From: Chloroflexota bacterium
Lineage (GTDB): Bacteria > Chloroflexota > UBA6077 > CF-72
Length of the DNA: 64,000 nt
NCBI GenBank assembly: GCA_016191465.1
Contig: JACPOP010000008.1
Span: forward strand, 26,039 to 90,038
Reading direction: 5' to 3'
Part shown: positions 1-9,939 of the stretch, piece after piece
How positions within the stretch are numbered: the first letter of the stretch is position 1
Layout: each line of letters opens with the position of its first letter
Program-made: the position numbers and the translations under genes
Notes under the pieces: model-generated
What the model was told of the DNA's origin: nothing
The model's database searches: none
What the model saw: only the letters and a program-made list of their open reading frames with translations

Positions 1-131
1 ATCCGTCGTGCCGCGGCCTCAGGCTGTCAAGGGCAGCGGCCGTGCCCGGCCGCTCCGGCACCGCCCAGCCGACGGACTCGTCGTCATGCGCAAGGCCACG
101 GTGGGCGAAGAGTAGCCCGTTCGTCCGTCGG

Positions 132-854
132 CTAGGTTGCCTGGATCGCGATCGAGTTGATCGTGATCCTGGTGCGCGGGGTATTGGGCCCACCCTGGCC
201 TGGCCCGTTCGGTGCCCCGGCGATCTTGTCCAGCACGTCCAGCCCCTCGGTGACCTTGCCGAAGATGGTGTAGCTCGGCGGCAGCGCATAGTCCTGGTGA
301 ACGATGAAAAACTGGCTGCCGTTGGTGTTTGGGCCGGCGTTGGCCATCGCGAGGGTGCCACGGGTATAGGGACGCGTCACCTTCTCGTCCTCGAAGCGAT
401 AGCCCGGCCCTCCGGTGCCCGTTCCGGTCGGATCACCCGTCTGTGCCATGAAGTCCTTGATGACGCGGTGAAAAATCACGCCGTCATAAAAGCCCTGCTG
501 CGCCAGGAACACGAAATTGTTGACGGTCTTGGGGGCGTCTTTGGAATACAGCTCGGCTTTCATCGTGCCGAGGCTCGTCTCGATGGTAGCGGTGTAGGTT
601 TTGCTCTGGTCGATCTGCATCGCCGGGGGACTTGACCACTGTTTGCTCGCGTTTGAACTGGACACCGACGCTCCTTGACCAGCGAGGGGTGACGCCGCGG
701 GCTTTGCGGCGCTAGCAGCACCGCCGGTGCTGGCGTTTCCGGCGGGTGTAGGGGCGGCAGTCGGGGCACTCGCGGGCGCCTGGCAGCCGACCAGCAAGAT
801 CGAAAGGATGAGCACGACAGGTCCGGACCCAGACCTGAAAAATCTGTTCGACAT
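132..854 (-). CDS. Peptidyl-prolyl cis-trans isomerase, cyclophilin type, lipoprotein (signal peptide ending LVGC)
   Basis: Translation has cyclophilin motifs ([38 protein letters not shown]). ATG at 852-854 gives [25 protein letters not shown], a lipobox. The longer ORF to 1235 is Arg/Pro-rich read-through. Confidence 0.85.
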   Translation of the reverse strand: MSNRFFRSGSGPVVLILSILLVGCQAPASAPTAAPTPAGNASTGGAASAAKPAASPLAGQGASVSSSNASKQWSSPPAMQIDQSKTYTATIETSLGTMKAELYSKDAPKTVNNFVFLAQQGFYDGVIFHRVIKDFMAQTGDPTGTGTGGPGYRFEDEKVTRPYTRGTLAMANAGPNTNGSQFFIVHQDYALPPSYTIFGKVTEGLDVLDKIAGAPNGPGQGGPNTPRTRITINSIAIQAT

Positions 855-1328
855 AACTCCAGAAGGCGCGGGGCGCGGGATGGAGGCCGCCCCTCCGCCC
901 AGAGTGGCAGGAGCGCCGGCGCAAGGGCACCCGAAGGTTCGTTGGTCCGGTGAGTGTACGCAAGGCACCCGCGCGAGCCGCCTAAACGGGCCCGGCGCTG
1001 GCGCCACATCCACCGGCGTCACCTTCGCGGCACCAGACCATCTGGTTGTGGCGCTTGCGGAGCAGGTCCATGGAGAGATCGAAGGATCGATGCTGCTCCA
1101 CCGCATGCACCAGCACGGCGAGAGACCCAACGGCGGCGGGAGCCGGGGCTCTTTGCAACCCGGTCGGAACCGCCTATGCTGCGCAGACCGGTGGCGCGGG
1201 GATTCCTCCGGAGGCGTGGAGATGCGTTGGTACACTCAGTGCACCTCCACCCCCAGAGCTACCGAAGTGGCGGAGCTGAACCGATCCACTGATCCCGAGG
1301 CACCCGTGACGCGGAGAGGAGACACCTG

Positions 1329-1625
1329 ATGGCACGCGCAGACCAAAGCCCCAATAGCGGAGGCCCTGCCGGTGTGCATCTGGGCCTCCCGCAGGGAACG
1401 GGATCCAACCTCAAGTCCTACTCGCCGTCTCAACTGTTCTTTCTGATGCGGCTCTCGTACCTGCAGCGGCAGCGGCGCGAGACACAGAACCTGCTGGATG
1501 GCGGCGATTGGCGTGTGCGCCTGCTCAATAAGGCGCTGTACTCCACGTTCCGCGATTGCGAAGAGCAGGGCGTCGGACAGGAAGCGAAGCTCCTGATGGC
1601 GCAGCAGGAGCCCGAGCGCTCCTAA
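1329..1625 (+). CDS. Hypothetical small protein (98 aa)
   Basis: ORF with mixed, non-GC-skewed composition (…SPSQLFFLMRLSYLQRQRRETQNLLDGGDWRVRLLNKALYSTFRDCEEQ…) in a lower-GC stretch upstream of the mscS-like gene. No family recognised. Confidence 0.4.
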   Translation: MARADQSPNSGGPAGVHLGLPQGTGSNLKSYSPSQLFFLMRLSYLQRQRRETQNLLDGGDWRVRLLNKALYSTFRDCEEQGVGQEAKLLMAQQEPERS

Positions 1626-1751
1626 CCTTCAGCACCGCGCCGGAGTGGCGCCTCGGCACGGTCGCTGTGCCGGGAATATCGCAAACGCCTTCCTGGCACC
1701 GGGCGGGGGCGCATTCTGAGAGCCGGCGCGTGATCCCTGGCTGAGGGCGGG

Positions 1752-2411
1752 GTGGCCGCCGCGGTTGCGAACGCGCCACACTGTCTCGGCAGGCTGCACA
1801 TGGAAACCTGGTTCGTCGGCTCCGGCCCTTCCCTTCTGGGCGCCATTGGCGTGCTCGCCACGACGTACCTGGGGATGGCCGCGGCGCGCGCCTGGATCAG
1901 CTCGGCCCTCAAACAGGCTCGGGTGGATCCCGCCACGCGGCTACTCGCGCAGCGGGTGATCACCGCTGGCATTGGTGTGTTCGGACTGTTGACGGCCTTC
2001 ACCGTGCTCGGGGTCTCCCCGGCCACAATCCTTGCGCTCCTGGGCGCCGTGGGCCTGGCGTTCAGCCTGGCCCTCCAGGACATTCTGAAGAACTTCTTCA
2101 GCGGCATGTACCTGCTGATCGAGCGGCCGTTTGGCCCCGGCGACGTCATTCGTGTGAAGGACTACCTGGGCGTGGTGGAGCATATTGGCGTGCGCACCAC
2201 CACGTTGCGCACCGCGGAGAACATCCAGGTGCTGGTGCCGAACGCTGTGGTTTTCGCGGAGGTGGTCAGTAACCACACCCTTCAGACGGGCGGGCCATCG
2301 CTGCCGGTCGCCGGGCCGCCGGCTGCCGACGCGGCCCAGACGCCCGCGCAGCCATCTGCCGTGAGCAGCTCCGCCGCGATTGTGAACGACCCGCCTGCAC
2401 CCGCCACGTGA
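1752..2411 (+). CDS. Mechanosensitive ion channel family protein (MscS-like)
   Basis: TM helices followed by the conserved MscS core (LALQDILKNFFSGMYLLIERPFGPGDVIRVKDYLGVVEHIGVRTTTLRT…NIQVLVPN). Stop overlaps the tsaE GTG start. Start may be M at 1797. Confidence 0.7.
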   Translation: MAAAVANAPHCLGRLHMETWFVGSGPSLLGAIGVLATTYLGMAAARAWISSALKQARVDPATRLLAQRVITAGIGVFGLLTAFTVLGVSPATILALLGAVGLAFSLALQDILKNFFSGMYLLIERPFGPGDVIRVKDYLGVVEHIGVRTTTLRTAENIQVLVPNAVVFAEVVSNHTLQTGGPSLPVAGPPAADAAQTPAQPSAVSSSAAIVNDPPAPAT

Positions 2412-2884
2412 TCCCTGACGCCTCGGTTCAGGTGGAGCTGGCGGATCATGCCGCTACGCGGGCGTTGGGCGAACGGGTTGCGAGAGCCGCCCTACCGGGC
2501 GACGTGTACCTGTTGACCGGGGACCTCGGAAGTGGCAAGACAACCCTTGTGCAGGGCATGGCGCGCGGGCTAGACGCCGTCGACGACGTGTCCAGTCCCA
2601 CCTTCGTCATCCAGAACCAGTACCGAACCGGGCGCTTACCCCTCTTTCACATAGACCTGTATCGACTCGAGCGGATCGAGGCGGCGTTTCTGGACGAGCT
2701 CGAGGAGGACCTCTTCGACGGGGGCGGCATGTCGGCGGTGGAGTGGCCAGAGCTCTTGCCCGAAGACCTCACGACGGGCGCGCATTGGATCGTGCTGCGG
2801 ACCTGCCCGGACGGCGGTCGGACCGCGGCTGTCCACTCGGCGGCGGTGCGCGTCCTGAATGCGGCACGCGCCACGCCGCCATGA
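2408..2884 (+). CDS. tsaE: tRNA threonylcarbamoyladenosine biosynthesis protein TsaE (P-loop ATPase)
   Basis: Walker A motif (LLTGDLGSGKTTLVQGMARGL) and YjeE-like length. GTG start overlaps the upstream stop (GTGA). Confidence 0.85.
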   Translation: MIPDASVQVELADHAATRALGERVARAALPGDVYLLTGDLGSGKTTLVQGMARGLDAVDDVSSPTFVIQNQYRTGRLPLFHIDLYRLERIEAAFLDELEEDLFDGGGMSAVEWPELLPEDLTTGAHWIVLRTCPDGGRTAAVHSAAVRVLNAARATPP

Positions 2885-3585
2885 CGCCGCCCGGGGCGGA
2901 CCGCGGCCTCATGCTGGCACTGGACACCGCGACGGCCCAGGCGAGCGTCGCCGTGCATGACGGTGGACACCTCCTGGCCGAGACCACCTGGATGGCAGGA
3001 CGCGAACACTCGGCCATGTTGATGGTGGAGGTGAGTCGCACGCTCGAACGAGCCGGCCAGAGCCGCGCGAACCTGACGGGATTGGCCGTGACGCGTGGGC
3101 CTGGCTCGTTCACGGGGGTGCGCGTCGCCCTCAGCGTCGCCAAAGGGCTGGCCGCGGGATTGGGCGTCCCGCTGTGGACGGCCACCACCCTGGAGGTCCT
3201 GGCCTATGCGGCCGGACCCGTTGACCTGCCGGTACGCGCCGCCGTGGATGCGGGAAGAGGACGAGTGGCAACAGCGCTGTTCGCGGGGGGCCACCAGGTG
3301 CAGCCCACGGTCGGCATGGCCATCGAAAACCTCGCCGCGCTGGACGTCGACGCGACGTTCCTGGTTGGGGACATCCCGCAGCGGCTGCGCGCGGTGCTGG
3401 CGGCCATGCCGCACCTTCATGTGCTGAGCGCGGCACTCTCAGCGCGCCGAGCGGGGTTGCTCGCGGAGCTTGCCTGGGCGGCGGCACGACGGGGCGAGCC
3501 GGGGGACCCGGCAACCGCGGACGCCGAGTACCTGGAGCGGCAGGGGCAGCCGGTCCAGCGGAGCGGATGGGGCCAGACGACGTAG
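2881..3585 (+). CDS. tsaB: tRNA threonylcarbamoyladenosine biosynthesis protein TsaB (YeaZ-like)
   Basis: N-terminus MLALDTATAQASVAVHDGGHLL…GPGSFTGVRVALSVAKGLA. ATG at 2881 overlaps the tsaE stop (ATGA). Confidence 0.85.
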   Translation: MTPPGADRGLMLALDTATAQASVAVHDGGHLLAETTWMAGREHSAMLMVEVSRTLERAGQSRANLTGLAVTRGPGSFTGVRVALSVAKGLAAGLGVPLWTATTLEVLAYAAGPVDLPVRAAVDAGRGRVATALFAGGHQVQPTVGMAIENLAALDVDATFLVGDIPQRLRAVLAAMPHLHVLSAALSARRAGLLAELAWAAARRGEPGDPATADAEYLERQGQPVQRSGWGQTT

Positions 3586-3595
3586 TATTCCCATC

Positions 3596-4297
3596 GTGAA
3601 GGTCGCGACTCGCGTCGTCGTGGAACCTATGCGGGTGGATCACATCCCCGCGGTCAGCGCGATCGAGCGTCTCTCGTTTCCTCAGGCGTGGCCGCAGAAC
3701 GCCTACCGTCGCGAAATCCTGGAGAATCCCACGGCGCATTACATCGTGGTCAAGGATCTCGCGCTCCAGTTCGAAGCTCGCACGGCCCTCCAACCGCTGG
3801 CTATCAGCTCGGACCATGACGGGCTGTTCGATCGTATCGCCCGTTTCCTTCGCCCGAATCAGCCGCCCCTACCCGTCGCCAGTGACACGGAGCTTCGGAG
3901 CATCGTCGGCTACGCCGGGTTGTGGCTGATGACGGACGAGGGTCACGTGACGACCATTGCCTCGCACCCCGAGCAGCGCGGCAAAGGCATTGGCGAGCTC
4001 CTCCTGCTGGGCTTGATCGATCGAGCGCTCGCGGTCGGCGCACGCTGGATGACCCTGGAAGTCCGCGTCTCGAACACGGTTGCGCGGAGGCTGTACGAGA
4101 AGTACACGTTCAGGGAGATGGGCGTCCGCCGCCGCTACTACAGCGATAACAACGAAGATGCGCTGGTGATGTGGACCGACGCGCTGGACTCGCCGTCCTT
4201 TCTCGCAGCCCTGGACCGCCACGAGCAACGGCTCGCCGAGCGGCTCGACGTGGAGATTCGCCTCGGCGACCGCGTGCGGAACCTCCGCAATGGCTGA
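3596..4297 (+). CDS. rimI: Ribosomal-protein-alanine N-acetyltransferase (GNAT)
   Basis: GNAT motifs (HVTTIASHPEQRGKGIGELLLLGLIDRA…LEVRVSNTVARRLYEKYTF). Sits in the tsaE-tsaB-rimI context. GTG at 3596 is the likely start, with an alternative ATG at 3629. Confidence 0.8.
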   Translation: MKVATRVVVEPMRVDHIPAVSAIERLSFPQAWPQNAYRREILENPTAHYIVVKDLALQFEARTALQPLAISSDHDGLFDRIARFLRPNQPPLPVASDTELRSIVGYAGLWLMTDEGHVTTIASHPEQRGKGIGELLLLGLIDRALAVGARWMTLEVRVSNTVARRLYEKYTFREMGVRRRYYSDNNEDALVMWTDALDSPSFLAALDRHEQRLAERLDVEIRLGDRVRNLRNG

Positions 4298-7121
4298 GGA
4301 AGCGCGCGAGCGCCTGCTCCTGATCGACGGCCACGCCCTCGTGTACAGGGCGTTCTTTGCCCTCCAGAACGAGCGCCCGCTGACCAACGCCCGGGGCGAG
4401 CTCACGACGGGCGTGTACGGCTTCACCAGCATGCTCCTCAAGGCACTCGCCGACCTGAAGCCGGCGTACGTGGTGGCGACCTTCGACATGAGTGCGCCGA
4501 CCTTCCGGCGCCAGCAGTTTGACGCCTACAAGGGCACCCGCAAGCCCACCCCGCCCGGCCTCTCGGCGCAGGTGAAGCTCGCCCGCAGGGTGCTAGAAGC
4601 CATGACGGTCCCCATCTACATGCTGGCGGGGTTCGAGGCCGACGACCTGATCGGCACCCTCGCCTGCCAGGCGGAACAGCAGAACCTCGAGACGATCATC
4701 CTCAGCGGCGACAACGACCTGCTCCAGTTGGTTGGACCGCACATCCGCGTGCTGACGTCACGGCGCGGGATCTCCGACACGATCCTGTACGACGAGGATC
4801 GCGTGCGGGAGCGCTACGGCGGGCTGGAGCCATACCAGGTGGTGGATTTCAAGGCCCTTCGCGGGGACGTGTCGGACAACATCCCCAGCGTCCCCGGTAT
4901 CGGCGACAGGTCCGCCGAGAAGCTGCTCCTGGAGCACAAGACGGTCGAGCTCCTCTACGAGCACCTGGACCAGGTTCCAGAAAAGCAGCGGCTGCTGCTC
5001 GAGCCGGCGCGCGAGCAGGTGAACATGGCGAAGCGCCTGGCAACCATCGAGTGCGCCGCGCCCATCGAGTTGAACGTGGAGCAGGCGCGCCTGGCGGACC
5101 TGCACCGGCCCGAGGTGCTCGCCGTGTTCCACGACTTGAGCTTTAAGACACTCATCGACCGCATTCCGAAGGGTACGCCGGCGAATCAGCCACCTGATGC
5201 AGGTGTCGATGGCGCTTCTCAGCTCGGCCTGTTTGGTGGTGAGGACGTCCCTCCGGCGGCAGCGCCGGCCCTGGCGTCCAGCACGCCGCTGCCGGCTCCC
5301 CGAGTCGTGGCGTCGCTGGACGAGGTGGACGACCTCGTGGCGCACCTCCGGAGCGCCACGAGCGTTGCCTTCAACGTCCAGGCGACGGGCACGCTCCCGA
5401 TGGCTGCGGAGATCGTCGGAATCGGGCTCGGCTCGTCGGAGGTGACGGCGTACATCCCGGTGGGCCATGCCGATGGCGCGCTCCCGCTCCCGGCCGTCCT
5501 GGAACGGCTCGGTCCACTCCTCGCCGACGCCTCCGTGCACAAGGTTGCGCACAACGCCAAGTTCCACATGGTCTTGCTCGGTCGGCACGGCGCTGACGTA
5601 GCAGGCCTGGCGTTCGACACCATGATCGCGGCGTACCTGCTGGAGAGCGGCCAGCGGGCGCTGGCGCTGCGCGACCTGGCGTGGGCGAAGCTGCAGGTGG
5701 AGCTGCCTTCGGTGGCATCCCTGATTGGTACCGGTAAGAAGGCCATTACGATGGCCGAGCTGCCGGCGGCGCAGTGCGGCGGCTATGCCTGCCAGGAGGC
5801 GGCGCTCGTATTACAGCTGGTGCCGCTGCTCGCGACGGAGCTGGGGGAGGCGGGACAGACCAGCCTCTTCCGTGACATCGAGCTGCCGCTGGTTCCTGTC
5901 CTGGCTCACATGGAGACCGCGGGCATCGGGGTTGACGTTCCCTACCTGCGCGATCTCGGCGCGGAGCTGGACGCGCGGCTGGGCGACCTGGCGGCGGAGA
6001 TTTTCCGGGCGGTGGGGCACGAGTTCAACATTGGGTCGACTCAGCAGCTCAGCACCGTGCTGTTTGAGGAGCTGCAGCTCCAGTCAAAGACGCGGCGGCA
6101 GAAGACCAAGAGCGGGCACATGTCCACCGGCATCGACGTGCTGGAAGAGCTCCGCGACGTTCACCCGGCCGTCAATCTCATCCTTGAGCACCGACAGCTT
6201 CAAAAGCTGAAGAGTACCTACGTGGACGCGCTGCTCACCCTGGTGGATCCCGCGACGAGCCGCGTCCACACCACCTTCAACCAGACCGTGGCCGCCACCG
6301 GGCGCCTGAGCAGCAGCGACCCCAACCTCCAGAACATCCCGATCCGCACGGACGTGGGCCGGCGGGTCCGCCGAGCATTCGTCGCCCGCGAGGGTGCGAG
6401 CCTGCTGTCCGCCGATTACAGCCAGATCGAGCTTCGTATCCTGGCCCACATGGCGGACGACCCCACGCTGCTCGAAGCGTTCGCGGAAGGGGAAGACCCC
6501 CACGCTGTCACCGCTGCCGAGGTGATGGGGGTGCCGCTGGAGAAGGTGACGGCGAACGACCGACGGGTTGCGAAGATGGTCAATTACGGGGTGCTGTACG
6601 GGATGAGCGAGTTTGGGCTCGCCGATCGGCTGGGGCTCCCGGGGAACGAAGCCGCGGCCTTCATCCAGCGCTATTTCGACCGCTTCGCCACGGTGAAGCG
6701 GTTCCAGGAGGACGTCATCCACGAGACGGAGGCGCGCGGGTACGCCAGCACCATGCTGGGCCGGCGTCGGTACTTCCCCGAAATCCGCAGCCCCATCCGC
6801 AATGTGCGCCAGGCGGCGATTCGGGCGGCGATCAACGCGCCGATCCAGGGCACCGCCAGCGACATCGTGAAGATCGCCATGATCGACGTGCAGCGCTACC
6901 TGGAGAAGGAGGCACCGTCAGTCCGGATGCTTCTCCAGGTCCACGACGAGCTTGTGCTGGAAGGACCGCGCACCGAGCTCGAGCGGGTCGCGCCGCGGGT
7001 GGTAGCGCTGATGGAAGGGGCATTGCAGCTTTCGGCAAAGCTGCACGTGGACCTGAAAATGGGCGACAACTGGGAGGACTTGCAGCCCGTCCATCTCACG
7101 CCACCGATAGCTGGTGCCTGA
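4290..7121 (+). CDS. polA: DNA polymerase I (5'-3' exo, 3'-5' exo-like and polymerase domains)
   Basis: 943 aa. N-terminal LLLIDGHALVYRAFFAL…, polymerase motifs (RRQAKMVNYGVLYGMS; QVHDELVLE). Start overlaps the rimI stop. Confidence 0.95.
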   Translation: MAEEARERLLLIDGHALVYRAFFALQNERPLTNARGELTTGVYGFTSMLLKALADLKPAYVVATFDMSAPTFRRQQFDAYKGTRKPTPPGLSAQVKLARRVLEAMTVPIYMLAGFEADDLIGTLACQAEQQNLETIILSGDNDLLQLVGPHIRVLTSRRGISDTILYDEDRVRERYGGLEPYQVVDFKALRGDVSDNIPSVPGIGDRSAEKLLLEHKTVELLYEHLDQVPEKQRLLLEPAREQVNMAKRLATIECAAPIELNVEQARLADLHRPEVLAVFHDLSFKTLIDRIPKGTPANQPPDAGVDGASQLGLFGGEDVPPAAAPALASSTPLPAPRVVASLDEVDDLVAHLRSATSVAFNVQATGTLPMAAEIVGIGLGSSEVTAYIPVGHADGALPLPAVLERLGPLLADASVHKVAHNAKFHMVLLGRHGADVAGLAFDTMIAAYLLESGQRALALRDLAWAKLQVELPSVASLIGTGKKAITMAELPAAQCGGYACQEAALVLQLVPLLATELGEAGQTSLFRDIELPLVPVLAHMETAGIGVDVPYLRDLGAELDARLGDLAAEIFRAVGHEFNIGSTQQLSTVLFEELQLQSKTRRQKTKSGHMSTGIDVLEELRDVHPAVNLILEHRQLQKLKSTYVDALLTLVDPATSRVHTTFNQTVAATGRLSSSDPNLQNIPIRTDVGRRVRRAFVAREGASLLSADYSQIELRILAHMADDPTLLEAFAEGEDPHAVTAAEVMGVPLEKVTANDRRVAKMVNYGVLYGMSEFGLADRLGLPGNEAAAFIQRYFDRFATVKRFQEDVIHETEARGYASTMLGRRRYFPEIRSPIRNVRQAAIRAAINAPIQGTASDIVKIAMIDVQRYLEKEAPSVRMLLQVHDELVLEGPRTELERVAPRVVALMEGALQLSAKLHVDLKMGDNWEDLQPVHLTPPIAGA

Positions 7122-8016
7122 GCTCCCCGAGGTCGAGTCGCTCCGTCGCGACCTTACTCCGACGATCGTTGGCCGGAGCATCCAGCGAGTGGACATTGGA
7201 CTGCCCAAACTCTTCCGCCCGGTGCCGGGACTCTCCGCCGCCGACCTGTGTGGGAGGGCTGTAGAGAGACTGCGGCGCCGCGCCAAGATCCTCATCCTGG
7301 ACCTCTCGGATGGCCTGGCACTGCTCATCCACCTCAAGCTCGCCGGACAGCTCGTCCACGTCTCGGCGGACGGCCAGGAGCTGGCACACGGAGGGCATCC
7401 CGTCCCGCGCTGGGGCTTTCCACTCCCCCACAAAGCCACCCACGTCATCTTCCGCTTCGACGACGGCTCGACGCTGTACCTGACCGACATCCGCCAGTTC
7501 TGCCGGCTGTGGTTGATGCACGCGGACGAGGTGGATGGCTTCCTGGAGGAGCAGGGTTTTGGCCCCGAACCGCTCACCGAAGACTTCAGCGTGCCTGGGT
7601 TCAGGGCCAGGCTCAGGCGGCGGAGCATTCCCATCAAGACCGCGCTCTTAGATCAGGGTGTCGTCGGAGGCATCGGGAACATCTATGCCGACGAATCCCT
7701 CTGGGAGGCACGCATCCATCCCCGGCGAACCGCCAACAGCCTCACGCTTCCGGAGATCAAACGCCTGCACGCGGCAGTCCGCAGCGTGCTGGCGTACGCG
7801 CTCCGCGAGGGCGTCGCCACGGTCCTCCAGGGGAAGGCGCTGCCGGAGCGGGATTTTCCCTACGCCCACGGCCGAGGCGGCGGACCCTGCTTCCGGGGTT
7901 GCGGCGCAACGATGGAGAAGGAATGGGTCGGCGGACGGGGCACGCATTGGTGCCCCCGTTGCCAGAAGCTGCCGCGCGCTCGGCCCGTGGCGGCGGGCAC
8001 GCCATCCAGCGGCTGA
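7114..8016 (+). CDS. mutM: Formamidopyrimidine-DNA glycosylase (Fpg/MutM), copy 1
   Basis: Canonical N-terminus (M)PELPEVE, K in RRRAKILIL, GIGNIYADESLWEARIHP, C-terminal zinc finger C…C…CPRCQ. GTG start overlaps the polA stop. Confidence 0.9.
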   Translation: MPELPEVESLRRDLTPTIVGRSIQRVDIGLPKLFRPVPGLSAADLCGRAVERLRRRAKILILDLSDGLALLIHLKLAGQLVHVSADGQELAHGGHPVPRWGFPLPHKATHVIFRFDDGSTLYLTDIRQFCRLWLMHADEVDGFLEEQGFGPEPLTEDFSVPGFRARLRRRSIPIKTALLDQGVVGGIGNIYADESLWEARIHPRRTANSLTLPEIKRLHAAVRSVLAYALREGVATVLQGKALPERDFPYAHGRGGGPCFRGCGATMEKEWVGGRGTHWCPRCQKLPRARPVAAGTPSSG

Positions 8017-8034
8017 GCGGGGCCACGAGACAGG

Positions 8035-8935
8035 CGTGCCCGAGCTTCCAGAGGTCGAGACCACGGCGCGCGGCTTGCGCGAGCGAGTGGTCGGCGCTCG
8101 AATCCGCCGTGTCTGGGGCCTGGACTGGCCTCGGATGGCGCCGAACGCAGACGGAGCGTTGCTGAGCCTCGCATTGGAAGGTCGCAGCATCGAGGCGGTC
8201 GAACGCCGCGGCAAGATTCTGCTCGTACGGGTAGAGGATGGCGCCACGCTCGGGCTGCACCGCAAGATGAGCGGGAACGTGCTGGTGCGAGCCTCCTCGG
8301 CAGAGATGGACCCCCACACCCACCTGGTGCTGGCGCTGGAGGACGGCCGAGATATTCGTTTCGTGGATGCCCGAAAGTTCGGGCGCATCTGGCTCTTCCC
8401 GACGCCGGCCAAAGCGGAGCAGTTCCTCGCCGAGCGACTGGGTCCAGAGCCGCTGGGAGAGATGACCGCGGATCGCCTGTGGACCATGCTGCACGGGCGG
8501 CGCGGCCGCATCAAGGCGTTACTCCTGGACCAGGCATTTCTCGCCGGGGTGGGGAACCTGTACGCCGACGAGGCGTTGTGGGAAGCGGGTATCCACCCGT
8601 TCACACCTGCGCATCGGCTGACGCGCGCCGACGTTGGACGTCTGGCGTCGGCGCTACGCGACGTGCTTGAGGCAGGCATTGCGCGCCGGGGGACGTCGTT
8701 TTCGACGTACCTGGATGCCGACGGCCTGGCCGGTGAGAATCAGGATTACCTGAGGGCGTACGGCCGGGGAGCCAGCAGGGGCCGGCCCGCGCGCCCGTGT
8801 GATCGCTGCGGAACAGCCTTCACGACCGTCCTGCTGGGCCAGCGGACGAGTCACTACTGTCCGACGTGCCAGCGGCCCCCGGAGGCCGGTCGTAAAGGGC
8901 GGGCGGCGGCGCAACCCACTGCACCGACGACGTAG
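8035..8935 (+). CDS. Fpg/Nei-family DNA glycosylase, copy 2 (tandem paralog)
   Basis: GTG-initiated (V)PELPEVETTARGL…, GVGNLYADEALWEAGIHP, zinc finger CDRCG…CPTCQ, plus a 22-aa Ala/Pro tail. Begins 18 nt after copy 1. Confidence 0.85.
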
Positions 8936-9485
8936 TGGTGCCTCGGCTTAGCAGGTCGTCCCGGAGCGCGCGCACGGTGACCCCCGTTGCCCGAAACGGG
9001 GACGCGGTGCCGCGTGAACCGTCCCCACGCACAGCAGGATCGTCAGCGGTGTGAAGGCCCGTCACCCTGAGGTCGGGTGCGATCTCGGCAAGCGGAACGA
9101 GGACGAACGCGCGCCGTGCCAGGAACGGGTGCGGGATGCGCAAGCGTGGGTGATCAAACACGGTGCCCGGCAGGACCAGCAGGTCAATATCGAGAGTCCG
9201 CGGTCCCCAACGACGGGAGGGCACGCGGCCGAGGCGCTGTTCGGCCCGCTGGGCCTGGTCCAGCAGGTCCAGGGGAGCCAGATCGGTATCCAGCGCGCAG
9301 CACAGGTTGAGGAACGGCGGCTGGTCCGTGTCGCCCCACGGCTCGGACTCGTAGACCGAGGAGCAGGCTCCAACGTGGCCGACCTCTGAGAGGGCGGCAA
9401 GCCCATCCAGGAGATTTCCGGCCCGGTCGCCGAGATTGGAGCCCAGGCCCAGGTAGACGCGCGGCACGGTCTCCGAGTATCCCAT
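8820..9485 (-). CDS. folK: 2-amino-4-hydroxy-6-hydroxymethyldihydropteridine pyrophosphokinase (HPPK)
   Basis: VYLGLGSNLGDRAGNL…FLNLCCALDTDLAP…WGPRTLDIDLLVL…IPHPFLARRAFVLVPLAEIAP. ATG at 9483-9485. The C-terminal 60 aa are low-complexity and overlap the 3' end of fpg copy 2, so the true stop is uncertain. Confidence 0.8.
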   Translation of the reverse strand: MGYSETVPRVYLGLGSNLGDRAGNLLDGLAALSEVGHVGACSSVYESEPWGDTDQPPFLNLCCALDTDLAPLDLLDQAQRAEQRLGRVPSRRWGPRTLDIDLLVLPGTVFDHPRLRIPHPFLARRAFVLVPLAEIAPDLRVTGLHTADDPAVRGDGSRGTASPFRATGVTVRALRDDLLSRGTTTSSVQWVAPPPALYDRPPGAAGTSDSSDSSAGPAGRS

Positions 9486-9489
9486 CCCC

Positions 9490-9867
9490 GTGAGCTGCCC
9501 ACGCCCGGAGGACGGGTGCCTGGAGATCCGGGGCCTCCGCTGCCAGAGCCGCATTGGTGCCTATGCAGGTGAGGCCGACGTCCCGCGCGTGCTCCTCGTG
9601 GACCTGCGGGCCTGGTTGAGCCTGGCCGCCGCGGCGGACACGGATGCACTCGTCGACAGCGTCGACTTTGCCGCGCTCTCGGCGCTCGTCCAGGCAGTGC
9701 TTGGCAGCGGCCGGCGCGCGCTGCTGGAGCGGGCGGCGAGCGATACCGCCAGGGCTCTGTTGGAGGCCTTCCCCGAGCTGCAGGCGGTGCGCGTGCGCGT
9801 GCGGAAGCCAAACCCCGACGGACTCGCCGCCGACGAGGAGTCCGTGGCGATGACGCTGGCCAGGTGA
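9490..9867 (+). CDS. folB: Dihydroneopterin aldolase
   Basis: LEIRGLRCQSRIGAYAGEADVPRVLLVDLRAWL…TDALVDSVDFAALSALV…VRVRVRKPNP matches the FolB fold. It is on the opposite strand to folK and folP. Start is GTG at 9490 or a nearby CTG. Confidence 0.75.
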   Translation: MSCPRPEDGCLEIRGLRCQSRIGAYAGEADVPRVLLVDLRAWLSLAAAADTDALVDSVDFAALSALVQAVLGSGRRALLERAASDTARALLEAFPELQAVRVRVRKPNPDGLAADEESVAMTLAR

Positions 9868-9939
9868 GCACAACGGGGGCATGTTTCTGTTGAGTTGAAT
9901 GGACGTGCCGAGCAGCTTTGCAGATGGACCACGAAGTGC

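Noticed and set aside
42-635. 197-aa + strand ORF at the window start
   Set aside because: Antisense to the well-supported cyclophilin gene. Low-complexity Arg/Gly-rich translation.
7648-8679. Long opposite-strand ORFs (e.g. 7648..8679 -, 9062..9871 -, 15019..16563 +, 34663..35625 -, 36593..37753 -, 48018..49343 +, 60919..62640 -) encoding Arg/Pro/Gly-rich polypeptides
   Set aside because: Each lies antisense to, or out of frame with, a gene with clear homology. Composition is the typical GC-rich shadow-ORF signature (few stops in 70% GC DNA). No motifs.
8820-8935. 116-nt convergent overlap between the fpg copy-2 tail and the folK tail
   Set aside because: Both tails are low-complexity extensions beyond the conserved domains. 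It most likely reflects late stop codons in GC-rich sequence rather than a biological overlap or frameshift. Cannot be resolved without comparison to orthologs.
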